This document shows positions 18,700 to 28,108 of a stretch of DNA of 64,000 bases, in pieces. The position numbers and the translations under genes were made by a program. Every line of letters starts with the position of its first letter. Position 1 is the stretch's first letter. This DNA is from Azoarcus sp. (GTDB lineage Bacteria > Pseudomonadota > Gammaproteobacteria > Burkholderiales > Rhodocyclaceae), in NCBI GenBank assembly GCA_020725025.1, contig DYFV01000017.1:10417-74416 (forward strand), read 5' to 3'. A model generated the notes under the pieces. That model made no database searches, was not told the DNA's origin, and saw only the letters and a program-made list of their open reading frames with translations.

Positions 18700-19917
18700 A
18701 TGACGACCATCCCCTACAACGCCGTGCTGACGGGCTTCACGCCCGTCCAACTGGCAAAGCCGGTGCCGCAACGGGTCACGCTGGAGCTGTCGGCCTACGG
18801 GTTCGCGCGCGCCTACTGCATGCGCAACGACATCACCGACAAGAGCGCCTTCCGGGAGGTGCACAAGAACGTCAAGGACAAGTTCGACCGCTATGCCCTG
18901 TCGCCGTCGCAGATCAAGCGCCGCCAGCTCGTCTTCTTCCCGCGGCTCACGGACATCCGCTTCACCGACGGGCACTTCGACATCGCCGAGCCGAAGGAAA
19001 AGCACCTCAAGCTCTACGACATCTCCGAGGACCCTCGCGGCGCCGATATCCGTACGCGCCACGAGAGCTATGCCAAGGTCGTCACGCAGGGCCTGGAGGA
19101 GATGTTCCGCGGCACGAGCACCGCGCCCGACGACCTCATCCACGTGACCTGCTCGGGCTACCTCGCGCCCAGCCCGGTCGAGCGAATGGCGTCCGAGCGC
19201 GAGTGGTTCCGCACCACCGTCACGCACAGCTACCACATGGGCTGCTACGGCGCGTTTCCCGCCATCAAGATGGCACACGGCTTCCTGGCCTCGTCGCAGT
19301 ACGGCCTGACGCCGCCCAAACGCCGCGTCGACATCGTGCACACCGAGCTGCTGTCGGCCCACAACAACATCGCCGACCTGACCGCCGAGAACATCATCGC
19401 CATGACCCTGTTCTCGGACGGGCTCATCAAGTACTCGGTGTACGCCGAGGAGGAGCTGGCGAGACAGGGCCTGCACGGCCTGCGCATCCTCGCCATGAAC
19501 GAGCACCTGCTGCCCGACTCGGCCGACGACATGACCTGGGTCCCCGACGCGCACCAGTTCCACATGACGCTCAGCCCCATGGTGCCCGTCGTCATCAAGC
19601 GCCACGTCGCGCGCTTCGTCGCCGACCTCGTGACGCGCGCCGGCATCGACTACGCCAGGGAGAAGGGCTCGCTGAGCTTCGCCATCCATCCCGGCGGACC
19701 GAAGATCGTGGAGCACATCCAGGACGAGCTCGGGCTCGCCGACGACCAGGTGGCGATCAGCCTCGCCGTCTTCCGCGAGAACGGCAACATGTCCTCGGCG
19801 ACCATCCCCCACATCCTCAAGGAATCGCTCGAGACGGTCGACGTCGGCACCCGCATCGTCTGCCTGGCCTTCGGCCCCGGGCTGACCGTCACCGGCATGG
19901 TGGTGGAAAAGATATGA
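18700..19917 (+). CDS. Type III polyketide synthase, ArsB-like alkylresorcinol synthase (405 aa)
   Basis: Catalytic Cys182 (HMGCYG), His330 (AIHPGG), Asn363 (GNMSS), FGPG; N-terminus NAVLTGFTPVQLAKPVPQ recalls Azotobacter ArsB; Trp280 in MTWVP. Confidence 0.9.
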   Translation: MTTIPYNAVLTGFTPVQLAKPVPQRVTLELSAYGFARAYCMRNDITDKSAFREVHKNVKDKFDRYALSPSQIKRRQLVFFPRLTDIRFTDGHFDIAEPKEKHLKLYDISEDPRGADIRTRHESYAKVVTQGLEEMFRGTSTAPDDLIHVTCSGYLAPSPVERMASEREWFRTTVTHSYHMGCYGAFPAIKMAHGFLASSQYGLTPPKRRVDIVHTELLSAHNNIADLTAENIIAMTLFSDGLIKYSVYAEEELARQGLHGLRILAMNEHLLPDSADDMTWVPDAHQFHMTLSPMVPVVIKRHVARFVADLVTRAGIDYAREKGSLSFAIHPGGPKIVEHIQDELGLADDQVAISLAVFRENGNMSSATIPHILKESLETVDVGTRIVCLAFGPGLTVTGMVVEKI

Positions 19918-19968
19918 GCCGGCATCCCCCGGCAGGCACACCGCAACACGTAATCGAGAGGTTGCCCC

Positions 19969-21834
19969 ATGAGCACCCATGACACCGAAGCCACGACCGG
20001 GCGCGACGCCCTTCCCCTCGTCGCGCGCCTCTACGAAGTCCAGGCCCTGGAGGCGCTGCGCTCGGGCACGGCGGACGGCGCCGACGAGGCACGAGCTCCG
20101 CGCACCGACGAGCCCGCCCCCTCCCCTCCTCCCGGGCCGGACCGCGAATCCGCCCTGCCCTTCATCGGCAAGGTAAGCGGACACGTACCCGGCAGATCCA
20201 TCACGATCGAGCGCACGCTCGACCTCGCCGAGGATCTCTACCTGGCCGACCACGCCTTCGTTCACGCGCCGGGCGTGAAACCCCTGTCCGCCTGCCTGCC
20301 GGTGCTTCCGATGACCATGAGCCTGGAGGTGATGGCAGAGGCAGCCGCCTGCCTCGCCCCCGGCCTGGGGCCGGTCGGCTTCGAGGACATCAAGGCTCTG
20401 CGCTGGATCGAACTGGCGGACACCGAAACCCTGCCCCTGCGGGTCGTGGCGCAGGCGCTCCCGCCCGAACCGCACGGCGACGTCCTGCCGGTCGCGGTCG
20501 AGCTCTTCGCCGGTGCCCAGGCCAGCGCGGCCATGACCGGACGCGTCCTCTTCGGCGCCCATTACCCGGTGGAGCTCACACCCCGCTTCACCGAGCTCGT
20601 CCGCCCGCAGCCGCTCGCGCTCACCGGCGAGGCGCTCTATGCGGCGCGCCACCTCTTCCACGGCCCGCGCTTCCAATGCGTGACGGGTCCGGTCGTGGTG
20701 GCCGAGCGCGGCCTGGCCGGCACGCTGCGGGTGAGCGCCACCGGCGATCTCTTCCGCAGCCTGCCGCGCCCGCAGCTTCTCACCGATCCGGCGCTGCTGG
20801 ACGGGGTCGGTCAACTCCTCGGGCTGTGGGCGATGCAGCGTGAGCGCTATGCGTTTCCGATCGGCTTCCGCAAGCTCGAGCTGTATCGGGGCACTCCACC
20901 GGCGGGCACGCGCGTACCGGTGCGACTCGAGATCGTCCGCGACGAGGCAAAGACCGTCTACGCCGACGTCGAGGTGCAGGACGGCTCGGGGGGCGTATGG
21001 ATGCGCATCCAGGACTGGGGCGCGTGGAAGTTCCGCTGGCCGCCGGCGCTGGTCGATTTCCGCCGTCAGCCCACCCGGCACTGCCTGAGCCGGCCGCTCG
21101 CGCTCCCCGGCCTGCCGCCTTCCGCAGCTTGCCGCGTGGTGGACACCAGCGCGGCCGCCGGCTTCGACTGGTCCATGCTCGCCCGCCACCTCCTCACCGG
21201 GGAGGAGATGGCCGACTTCCGGGCCAAGGCCGACATGCCTCCTCGCCAGCGCCAATGGCTGCTCGGCCGCATCGCCGCCAAAGACGCGCTGCGTGCCTGC
21301 CTCGCCGCCCGCAGCGGCAGCGCGGAGATGCTGCACCCGGCGGCGGTCGCCATCGCGAACGACGCGAAGGGCCGGCCTGCGGCCGCCGGCCTCGAGGCCT
21401 ACGCGCCCCTGCCCGGCCTGTCCCTCGCCCACTGCGAGGATCGCGCCGTCGCGATCGCCGGCGACGAGCCCCTCGGCATCGACGTCGAACGCATCGTGCC
21501 GCGCGAGGCGGCCTTTCTCGACACCGTCGCCACTGCCGCCGAGCGCGCCCTGCTCGCCGCGCAGGCCGGGGCGACGGCCGGGCCGACCCACGACGAGTGG
21601 GTGACGCGCCTGTGGTGCGCCAAGGAGGCCGCCGGCAAATCGCTGGGCACCGGCGTCGAGGGCGGTCCGCAGCGCTTCCAGGCGGTGGCGGCCGACCCCG
21701 CCGGCACGATCCGCATCCGGCCGCCGGGCGACACCAGCCGGGTGATCGAGGTGCACAGCCTTCGCGAGGGCGACTTCATCGTCGCCTGGACGCAAGGCGC
21801 GGGGACCGCAAGCACCGAGGAGGCGGCGACATGA
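19969..21834 (+). CDS. ArsD-like PKS dehydratase fused to 4'-phosphopantetheinyl transferase
   Basis: DH motifs YLADH...LPVLP, LFHGPRFQ, DPALLDG; Sfp-type LSLAH, GIDVE, WCAKEA. Confidence 0.88.
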   Translation: MSTHDTEATTGRDALPLVARLYEVQALEALRSGTADGADEARAPRTDEPAPSPPPGPDRESALPFIGKVSGHVPGRSITIERTLDLAEDLYLADHAFVHAPGVKPLSACLPVLPMTMSLEVMAEAAACLAPGLGPVGFEDIKALRWIELADTETLPLRVVAQALPPEPHGDVLPVAVELFAGAQASAAMTGRVLFGAHYPVELTPRFTELVRPQPLALTGEALYAARHLFHGPRFQCVTGPVVVAERGLAGTLRVSATGDLFRSLPRPQLLTDPALLDGVGQLLGLWAMQRERYAFPIGFRKLELYRGTPPAGTRVPVRLEIVRDEAKTVYADVEVQDGSGGVWMRIQDWGAWKFRWPPALVDFRRQPTRHCLSRPLALPGLPPSAACRVVDTSAAAGFDWSMLARHLLTGEEMADFRAKADMPPRQRQWLLGRIAAKDALRACLAARSGSAEMLHPAAVAIANDAKGRPAAAGLEAYAPLPGLSLAHCEDRAVAIAGDEPLGIDVERIVPREAAFLDTVATAAERALLAAQAGATAGPTHDEWVTRLWCAKEAAGKSLGTGVEGGPQRFQAVAADPAGTIRIRPPGDTSRVIEVHSLREGDFIVAWTQGAGTASTEEAAT

Positions 21835-22580
21835 CCGACCTCGCATCGATCGCCGCAGCGCCGCTCGTCGAGCTCGCCGGCGCGACGCGGCACTACCGGG
21901 TCGGCGAGCAGACCATCGCCGCACTCGAGGGCGTCGACCTGAGCATCGGGCGCAACGAGTTCGTCGCGATATGGGGCCCGTCCGGCTCGGGCAAGTCGAC
22001 CCTGTGCAACCTCGTCGGGCTGCTCGACACCCCTACCGCCGGCGCCGTCCTCATCGACGGGAAGGACGCCACCGGGCTTTCCGACGATGCGCGCAGCGAG
22101 CTGCGCAACCGCAGCATCGGATTCGTCTTCCAGAACTTCAACCTCATCCCGGTCCTCACCGCCCTGGAGAACGTGATGCTGCCGCTGCAGATCGCGGGCG
22201 CCTCGACCGCAGTCGCCCGCGAGCGGGCGCTCGGTCGGCTCGCCGAGGTCGGCCTGCAGCGCTTTCTGTCGCATCGGCCGGCGCGGCTGTCGGGCGGCCA
22301 GCAGCAGCGGGTCGCCATCGCGCGGGCGCTGGTGACGGATCCCGCACTCGTCATCGCCGACGAGCCGACCGCCAACCTCGATTCGGCCAACGCGCACACC
22401 ATCATCGACCTGATGCAGCGCATCAACCTGCGCCACGGCACCACCTTCGTCTTCTCGACCCACGACCAGCGCCTGCTCGACAGCGTCGGCAGGCGCGTGC
22501 TGATGCGCGACGGCCGCATCGCGGAAGACACCGCCGGCCGGCGTCCCGTGCGCCCTCGCACCCTGGAGCGCCTGCCATGA
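21831..22580 (+). CDS. ABC transporter ATP-binding protein (LolD/MacB-like)
   Basis: GPSGSGKST, LSGGQQQRV, IADEPT, STHD; ATGA overlap. Confidence 0.92.
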   Translation: MTDLASIAAAPLVELAGATRHYRVGEQTIAALEGVDLSIGRNEFVAIWGPSGSGKSTLCNLVGLLDTPTAGAVLIDGKDATGLSDDARSELRNRSIGFVFQNFNLIPVLTALENVMLPLQIAGASTAVARERALGRLAEVGLQRFLSHRPARLSGGQQQRVAIARALVTDPALVIADEPTANLDSANAHTIIDLMQRINLRHGTTFVFSTHDQRLLDSVGRRVLMRDGRIAEDTAGRRPVRPRTLERLP

Positions 22581-23827
22581 CGACGTGGATCAAGCTCGCC
22601 GTGCGCAACCTGTTCCGCAACGGGCGCCGCTCGCTGTTCACCGTGCTCGCCATCGCCCTGGGCTTCGCCGCCGTCAATGCCCTGGGCGGCTTCACCGCCT
22701 ACATCTTCACCAGCCTCGAGGACTCGCACATCTACGCCCAGGCCAATGGTCACCTGTCCATCTTCAAGAAGGGCTTCCTGCGCGAGGGCAAGCTCGACCC
22801 GACCCGCTACCTGCTGGACGGAGACGACCTGGCGACTGTCCTCGACGCGGTGAACCGGCGCCCGGAAGTGGTGGTCGTCACGCCGCAGCTCGACATCTCC
22901 GGCCTGGTGAGCAACGGCCAGGTGTCCACCATCTTTCTCGCCAGCGGCCGGGTGCCTTCCGATGTGCATGCCATCGCGAGCCGCTCGCGCAGCACGGTGG
23001 GGCGGCTCAAGCATTACTCCGGCGAGCCGCTGAGCGATGCGGCGTCCGATGGCGTCGGCATGGCCAACGGGCTCGCCGATCAGCTCGGGCTCGAGCTGGG
23101 CAGCACCGCCATCGCGATGGCACCCACCGTGGCAGGCCAGATCAACGCGCTCGACGCCCGCATCCTGCAGACCTTCGACTCGCCGGTGGAGGCGCTCCAG
23201 GACAAGCTCATGCTGGTCACCCTCGACTTCGCGCGTGAGCTCTACGACACGCCGGGCGCCGATCGGGTGAATGTGCTGCTCCGGGACGAGAGCCAGATCC
23301 AGGCGGTCCGGGCCGAGCTCGAGCGCACGCTCGCAGAGCGCGGCGTCGAGGTGGAGATCCACACCTGGGAGGAGCTCTCGCCCTTCTACACCAAAGTGAA
23401 GCAGATGTTCGAGGTGATCTTCCTGTTCGCCTTCCTCATCGTGTTCACCATCGTGGTGATGAGCGTCGTGAATACCGTTGGCATGGCGATCATGGAGCGC
23501 ACCCGCGAGATCGGGACGCTGCGGGCGCTGGGCGTCAAGCGGCGCGGCATCGTCGGCCTGTTCGCCGTGGAGAGCCTGCTGCTGGGCTTCTTCGGCTCGT
23601 TGCTGGGGGTGGCGCTGACCGTCCTGGTATGGGGCGGCGTGGCCTGGTTCGAGCCCACCTGGGTGCCGCCGCAGATCGCGCGGCGCGTCCCGCTGGAAGT
23701 GTATCTGGTGCCCCGGGAGATGCTGGGCAGCGTCGTCAGCCTGCTGCTGCTCTCCCTCCTGGCCGCCACCCTGCCCGCCCGCAAGGCCGCGCGCATGGAA
23801 GTGGTGGGCGCCCTCGGCCACACCTGA
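22577..23827 (+). CDS. ABC transporter permease (FtsX/LolE-like)
   Basis: KLAVRNLFRNGRRS, ERTREIGTLRALG, 4-TM layout; ATGA overlap. Confidence 0.9.
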   Translation: MTTWIKLAVRNLFRNGRRSLFTVLAIALGFAAVNALGGFTAYIFTSLEDSHIYAQANGHLSIFKKGFLREGKLDPTRYLLDGDDLATVLDAVNRRPEVVVVTPQLDISGLVSNGQVSTIFLASGRVPSDVHAIASRSRSTVGRLKHYSGEPLSDAASDGVGMANGLADQLGLELGSTAIAMAPTVAGQINALDARILQTFDSPVEALQDKLMLVTLDFARELYDTPGADRVNVLLRDESQIQAVRAELERTLAERGVEVEIHTWEELSPFYTKVKQMFEVIFLFAFLIVFTIVVMSVVNTVGMAIMERTREIGTLRALGVKRRGIVGLFAVESLLLGFFGSLLGVALTVLVWGGVAWFEPTWVPPQIARRVPLEVYLVPREMLGSVVSLLLLSLLAATLPARKAARMEVVGALGHT

Positions 23828-23848
23828 AAGCCACGGAGGAACCCCTGC

Positions 23849-24595
23849 ATGAAGCGATGGACCGGATTGGCCGCAGCGTCGGCCACCGCCTTTCTGCTCC
23901 TGGTCGCCGCCCCGGCGGCCGCCATGAGCGACTACGAGATCCTGAAGATGGCCGACCAGGCCCGCGGCAATGTCGAAGGCATCGCCTGGGAGGTCGTCAT
24001 CGAGGCGGTCGAGCGCGGACGCACCGACACCATGAAGTACGACATCAAGGCGCGCGGCTTCCACGTCGCGGGCATCAGCCTCGCGCCGCCAAAGCATCGC
24101 GGCAACAAGCTCCTCATGCTCGACAACCACATGTGGTTCTACAAGCCCGGGCTCTCCAAGCCGGTGCCGGTGTCGCAGCGGCAGAAGCTGATGGGCAACG
24201 CCTCCTACGGCGACATCGCCTCGACCAACTACGCCGACGACTACGAGGCCGAGCCGCTGCCCGACGAGCGCGTGGGCGGGCGCCCCTGCTACGTCTTCGA
24301 TCTCAGGGCGAAGAACTCGCGCACCACCTACGACCGGGTGAAGTACTGGATCGCCAAGGACGATCTGGTGGGGGTGAAGGCGGAGTACTACACCCTGTCG
24401 GGCCGCAAGATCAAATCCGCCCGCATGGACTACGACAACACCGTCGTCATCGACGGTGCCAGGCGCCCCTTCATCTCGCGCATCGCGATCTACGAGGAGC
24501 TGATGAGCGGCGACGTCACCACCCTGCGCATGACCAAGCCACGCCTCGATGCGCTTCCCGACCGGATTTTCAACCTCAATCTCTTCATGCGATGA
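23849..24595 (+). CDS. Periplasmic LolA-like outer-membrane lipoprotein-sorting family protein
   Basis: Signal peptide; MWFYKPG...PVSQRQKLMGNASYGDIA, TYDRVKYWI motifs. Confidence 0.8.
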   Translation: MKRWTGLAAASATAFLLLVAAPAAAMSDYEILKMADQARGNVEGIAWEVVIEAVERGRTDTMKYDIKARGFHVAGISLAPPKHRGNKLLMLDNHMWFYKPGLSKPVPVSQRQKLMGNASYGDIASTNYADDYEAEPLPDERVGGRPCYVFDLRAKNSRTTYDRVKYWIAKDDLVGVKAEYYTLSGRKIKSARMDYDNTVVIDGARRPFISRIAIYEELMSGDVTTLRMTKPRLDALPDRIFNLNLFMR

Positions 24596-25830
24596 AAAAC
24601 AAGAGCCCCCTCCTTTCCTGCACGCTGGCCGCCCTCGCCCTTTTCGCGGCTCCCCTCCGCCCCGCCCTCGCGCAAGAACCCGTCGCCCCAGAGGGAGAAC
24701 GCCTGGTCGACGAACTGCGCGACGGCTTCTACTCGCGCGTGAACATCCTCGCCTTCCTGGTGGCCCAGGACCCGCGCAGCTCGCCGGTCAACCCGAACAA
24801 CGTCCTCGAGATCCCGAGCTACCAGGCGGTGCTCAATCCGCGGGTGGACCTGGAGCTCGGCTTCCGCAACTGGGAGTTCGGCCTCAAGCCGCGCGCCGAG
24901 CTGGTCTACGAGCGCTGGGAGGAAGGCATCCGCGACGGCGACGACGAGACCGACGCGGAGGCCTACATCAACGAGGGCTGGGTCCGCTACCGCCCCTTCG
25001 ACGAGTTGGTGCTGTCGGTCGGCCGGGAGAACCTGCAGTGGGGGCCGTCGATCATCGTGTCGTCCTCGAACCCCTTCAACCGCGACAACGGCCGCAACAA
25101 CCCCCGCCTGGAGCTTCCCGGACTGGACTTCGCCCGCGCGGTCTGGGTGCCGAGCCCGGAGTGGGCGCTGTCGGCGATCGCCAACTTCGGCGAGGGCCGC
25201 CTCGACGACGGCGCGAGCCTCACCACCAGCCGGCCGCTGGTGCCGGGCACGGCGGTCGACGACGACGATTTCGAGGAGATCTACGCATTCAAGCTCGACT
25301 ACACCGGCTTCGATACCTACGCCTCGCTGATCCCCTCCTATCGCGATGGCGACCAGTACCGGCTGGGCTTCTTCGCCGGCTGGAACGCCTCCGAGGCGCT
25401 GCTCCTGTACACCGAGGGCAGCCTTGCCGAGGAAGACGGCGCCAAGGTCCAGGTAGGCGGCGCCTACACCCTGGAGGCGGGACCGACGATCACCGCCGAG
25501 TACTACCGCAACGACGACGGCTGCGTGGGCAGAAGCGTGGCCGCGTGCTTCCTCGCGGGGAAGATCGACCCGCGCGAGGTCCTCATCCGGCGCAACTACC
25601 TGATGTTGCAGCTCTCGGACACCACCCTGGTCCGCGATCTCGACTTCAGCCTGCGCTTCATCCGCAATCTCGACGACGGTTCCAACCGCCTGATCGGCAT
25701 CTTCGAACACGAGGTAGGCGACCATGTCCAGCTATATCTCATCGCCAACGGATTCACCGGCAGCACGCGTACCGAGTTCGGCAGTCTCTTGCGATACTCC
25801 CTCTTTGCCGGCATCGGTTATACCTTCTGA
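24592..25830 (+). CDS. Putative outer-membrane beta-barrel protein
   Basis: Signal peptide, SVGRENLQWG, alternating aromatic strands, terminal GIGYTF; ATGA overlap. Confidence 0.75.
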   Translation: MKNKSPLLSCTLAALALFAAPLRPALAQEPVAPEGERLVDELRDGFYSRVNILAFLVAQDPRSSPVNPNNVLEIPSYQAVLNPRVDLELGFRNWEFGLKPRAELVYERWEEGIRDGDDETDAEAYINEGWVRYRPFDELVLSVGRENLQWGPSIIVSSSNPFNRDNGRNNPRLELPGLDFARAVWVPSPEWALSAIANFGEGRLDDGASLTTSRPLVPGTAVDDDDFEEIYAFKLDYTGFDTYASLIPSYRDGDQYRLGFFAGWNASEALLLYTEGSLAEEDGAKVQVGGAYTLEAGPTITAEYYRNDDGCVGRSVAACFLAGKIDPREVLIRRNYLMLQLSDTTLVRDLDFSLRFIRNLDDGSNRLIGIFEHEVGDHVQLYLIANGFTGSTRTEFGSLLRYSLFAGIGYTF

Positions 25831-25888
25831 GCGCCGCGGCCGGCACCGGCACCGCCGCCGCCGCGGCGCCGTACGGACGCCGGGGCCG

Positions 25889-28108
25889 GTGCCGCGCGCG
25901 GTCGCGCTCCCCGGCAGCGGGCTGATGGTGACCTGCTTCAATCCCACCGAGGCGCGCTACCTCTACGAGTACGACATCCCGGCCTACTTCCGCCACGGCA
26001 TCGAGGTGCACCCCGGCGACGTGGTGTTCGACGTGGGGGCCAACATCGGGCTGTTCTCGCTGTCGGTGCTGGAGCGCTGCAAGGGCGACGCGACGGTGTA
26101 TGCCTTCGAGGCCGTGCCCCCAATCCGCCGCCTGCTTCAGCACAACGTGGACCGGTTGGCCGCCGGCCGGGTGAGTGTGCTCCCGTACGGGCTGTCCGAC
26201 GAGTCGGCCCGCCTCCCCTTCCACCATTTCCCGCGGCTCCCGGGCTGGTCCTCGGCCCACCTGATCAGCCTGGACCAGGTGCGCGCCCGGTGCCGGCGCA
26301 CGCTGCTCGCCGACATCGACAGCGGCCGCCTGTGGCCGTGGCTGCGCCGGCTGCCGGCGTCCGTCCGCGCCGCCGTGGTGGAAGCGGCTGTTCGCTGGCT
26401 CATCCAGTCCGAACAGATGCGCTGCGAGGTGCGCCCCCTGTCCGATGCCATCCGCGACACCGGCGTCGAGCGCATCGACCTGCTCAAGATCGACGTCGAA
26501 GGCGGCGAGCTCGACGTGCTGGTGGGCGTCGATCCGGCGGACTGGCAGAAGATCCGCCAGGTGGTGGTGGAGCTCGACCACTTCGCGGAACATGCGGCCG
26601 ACGTCGTCGAGCTCATGAAGGTCTGGGGCTTCTCCCGCATCGAGCTCGAGCAGCCGAGCGAGGCGCACCGATCCAGCAACGCGGGGCTCCTCTATGCCTC
26701 CCGCGTACCCGTCCGCGAGACATTGCATTCTCTGCGGAGACTTCCCACGCCCCAGGACCCGACCTTCGCCATCGTCACGATCGGCAGCGGCTCATGGCTC
26801 GGGTCGACGGTCCGGGACATCACCCTGGCCAACGCCCTGTACCGGCTCGGCTACAAGGTGGTGGTCTACTGGATGCTCGAATGCCAGCCCGAGCTGGTCG
26901 ACCCGGGCATCCCCCAGCGCCTGCTGTGCCACGGTACCCGTTACCACTTCAGGCAACCGTCCGGCTTTCTCGACCGCGTGGTCGGGTCGCTGCTCTTCCT
27001 GCTCCCCCCCGCCCGCCGCGTGCAGGCCGTGCAACGCATGGACGGCTACGTCGACCGCCTGCTCGAGAACCTCATGCGGGCACTGCACGGGACGCCCGGA
27101 GGCGACCGCGGCCTGGCCACCCGACTGCGCCGCTGGGTCGTCCGCGACAAGGTGAGCCACGTCCTGATGAGCTTCGGCGCCATCGGCCCGCTCGCGACCG
27201 CCGCGCAGCGCGACTGCGAGCCCCCCTTCGACTACCTCCTGAGCTTCCAGGGCGACGAGCAGTTCGCCCACTACGCGCGGAGGGCCGGCGTGTTTCCGCA
27301 GTTCCGCGAGGGGGTGAACGCCGCGGTGCGGGCGTCGCGCTGGCCGGCGATCGCGGTGAGCCAGGACTACCTCGAACGCATCCACGACGAGCTGGACGTG
27401 GCCACCACCCGCATGCGCGTGGTGTACAACGGCGTCGAGTTTCCGAAACGCGATGCCGTGCCTGCCTTCTCTGTCCTGGAGCCGCTCTTCCCCGGCCTGA
27501 TCCGGGGCGTGCCGATCGTGACCTACGTCGGCCGCCAGGAGTCGGAGAAAGGCATCGACCTCCTGCTCTACGCGGCGCGGCTCCTGCAGCAGCGGCGCAT
27601 CGGGATGCAGCTCGTGATCTGCGGCGCGACCGCCAAGGGCGAGTCCTGCCGCAAGGTGCTCGGCGAGCTTGCGGAGCACATCGGCGTGCACATCCACCAC
27701 GCGGGGGCCATCCCGGCGGCAGTGCGGGACGCGCTCTTCGCCCACAGCCGCTGCGTGGTGTATCCCTCCGTCAATCGCGAGGCCTTCGGGCTGGTGGTGG
27801 TCGAGGCGATGAGCATGGGTACGCCGGTCCTGGTTCCCGACTACGGCGGCGTCACCGAGGTGATGCAGGAGGGCGGCCGTCGCGCCGGCCTCACCTTCCG
27901 CACCTGGGACAGCGGCGACCTGGCGCGCCAGCTCGAGCGCCTGCTGGTCGACGAGGCGCTGCACCGCGAGCTGGCCGGCAACACCCGCAGGATCGCGGCA
28001 CGCTTCACTGCCGAGCGGATGGCCGAGCGGGTGCTGCATCACGTCGGCATCGAGCCCAAGGCGGCGGCGCCCGTCGAGCATTCCGGCCCCGCCCGAGCGG
28101 CGGCATGA
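25889..28108 (+). CDS. FkbM-family methyltransferase fused to GT4 glycosyltransferase
   Basis: VVFDVGANIG and LLKIDVEGGE (FkbM); VYNGV, YVGR..EKG, EAFGLVVVEAMSMGTPV (GT4); start uncertain (GTG 25889 chosen). Confidence 0.85.
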   Translation: MPRAVALPGSGLMVTCFNPTEARYLYEYDIPAYFRHGIEVHPGDVVFDVGANIGLFSLSVLERCKGDATVYAFEAVPPIRRLLQHNVDRLAAGRVSVLPYGLSDESARLPFHHFPRLPGWSSAHLISLDQVRARCRRTLLADIDSGRLWPWLRRLPASVRAAVVEAAVRWLIQSEQMRCEVRPLSDAIRDTGVERIDLLKIDVEGGELDVLVGVDPADWQKIRQVVVELDHFAEHAADVVELMKVWGFSRIELEQPSEAHRSSNAGLLYASRVPVRETLHSLRRLPTPQDPTFAIVTIGSGSWLGSTVRDITLANALYRLGYKVVVYWMLECQPELVDPGIPQRLLCHGTRYHFRQPSGFLDRVVGSLLFLLPPARRVQAVQRMDGYVDRLLENLMRALHGTPGGDRGLATRLRRWVVRDKVSHVLMSFGAIGPLATAAQRDCEPPFDYLLSFQGDEQFAHYARRAGVFPQFREGVNAAVRASRWPAIAVSQDYLERIHDELDVATTRMRVVYNGVEFPKRDAVPAFSVLEPLFPGLIRGVPIVTYVGRQESEKGIDLLLYAARLLQQRRIGMQLVICGATAKGESCRKVLGELAEHIGVHIHHAGAIPAAVRDALFAHSRCVVYPSVNREAFGLVVVEAMSMGTPVLVPDYGGVTEVMQEGGRRAGLTFRTWDSGDLARQLERLLVDEALHRELAGNTRRIAARFTAERMAERVLHHVGIEPKAAAPVEHSGPARAAA

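Noticed and set aside
11069-21834. Enediyne or PUFA (pfa) synthase
   Set aside because: N-terminal ER pair, single ACP, no thioesterase or CLF partner, and an adjacent ArsB-like enzyme fit ars better
11393-21924. Long antisense ORFs opposite the PKS genes
   Set aside because: Shadow frames expected from codon bias; no motifs
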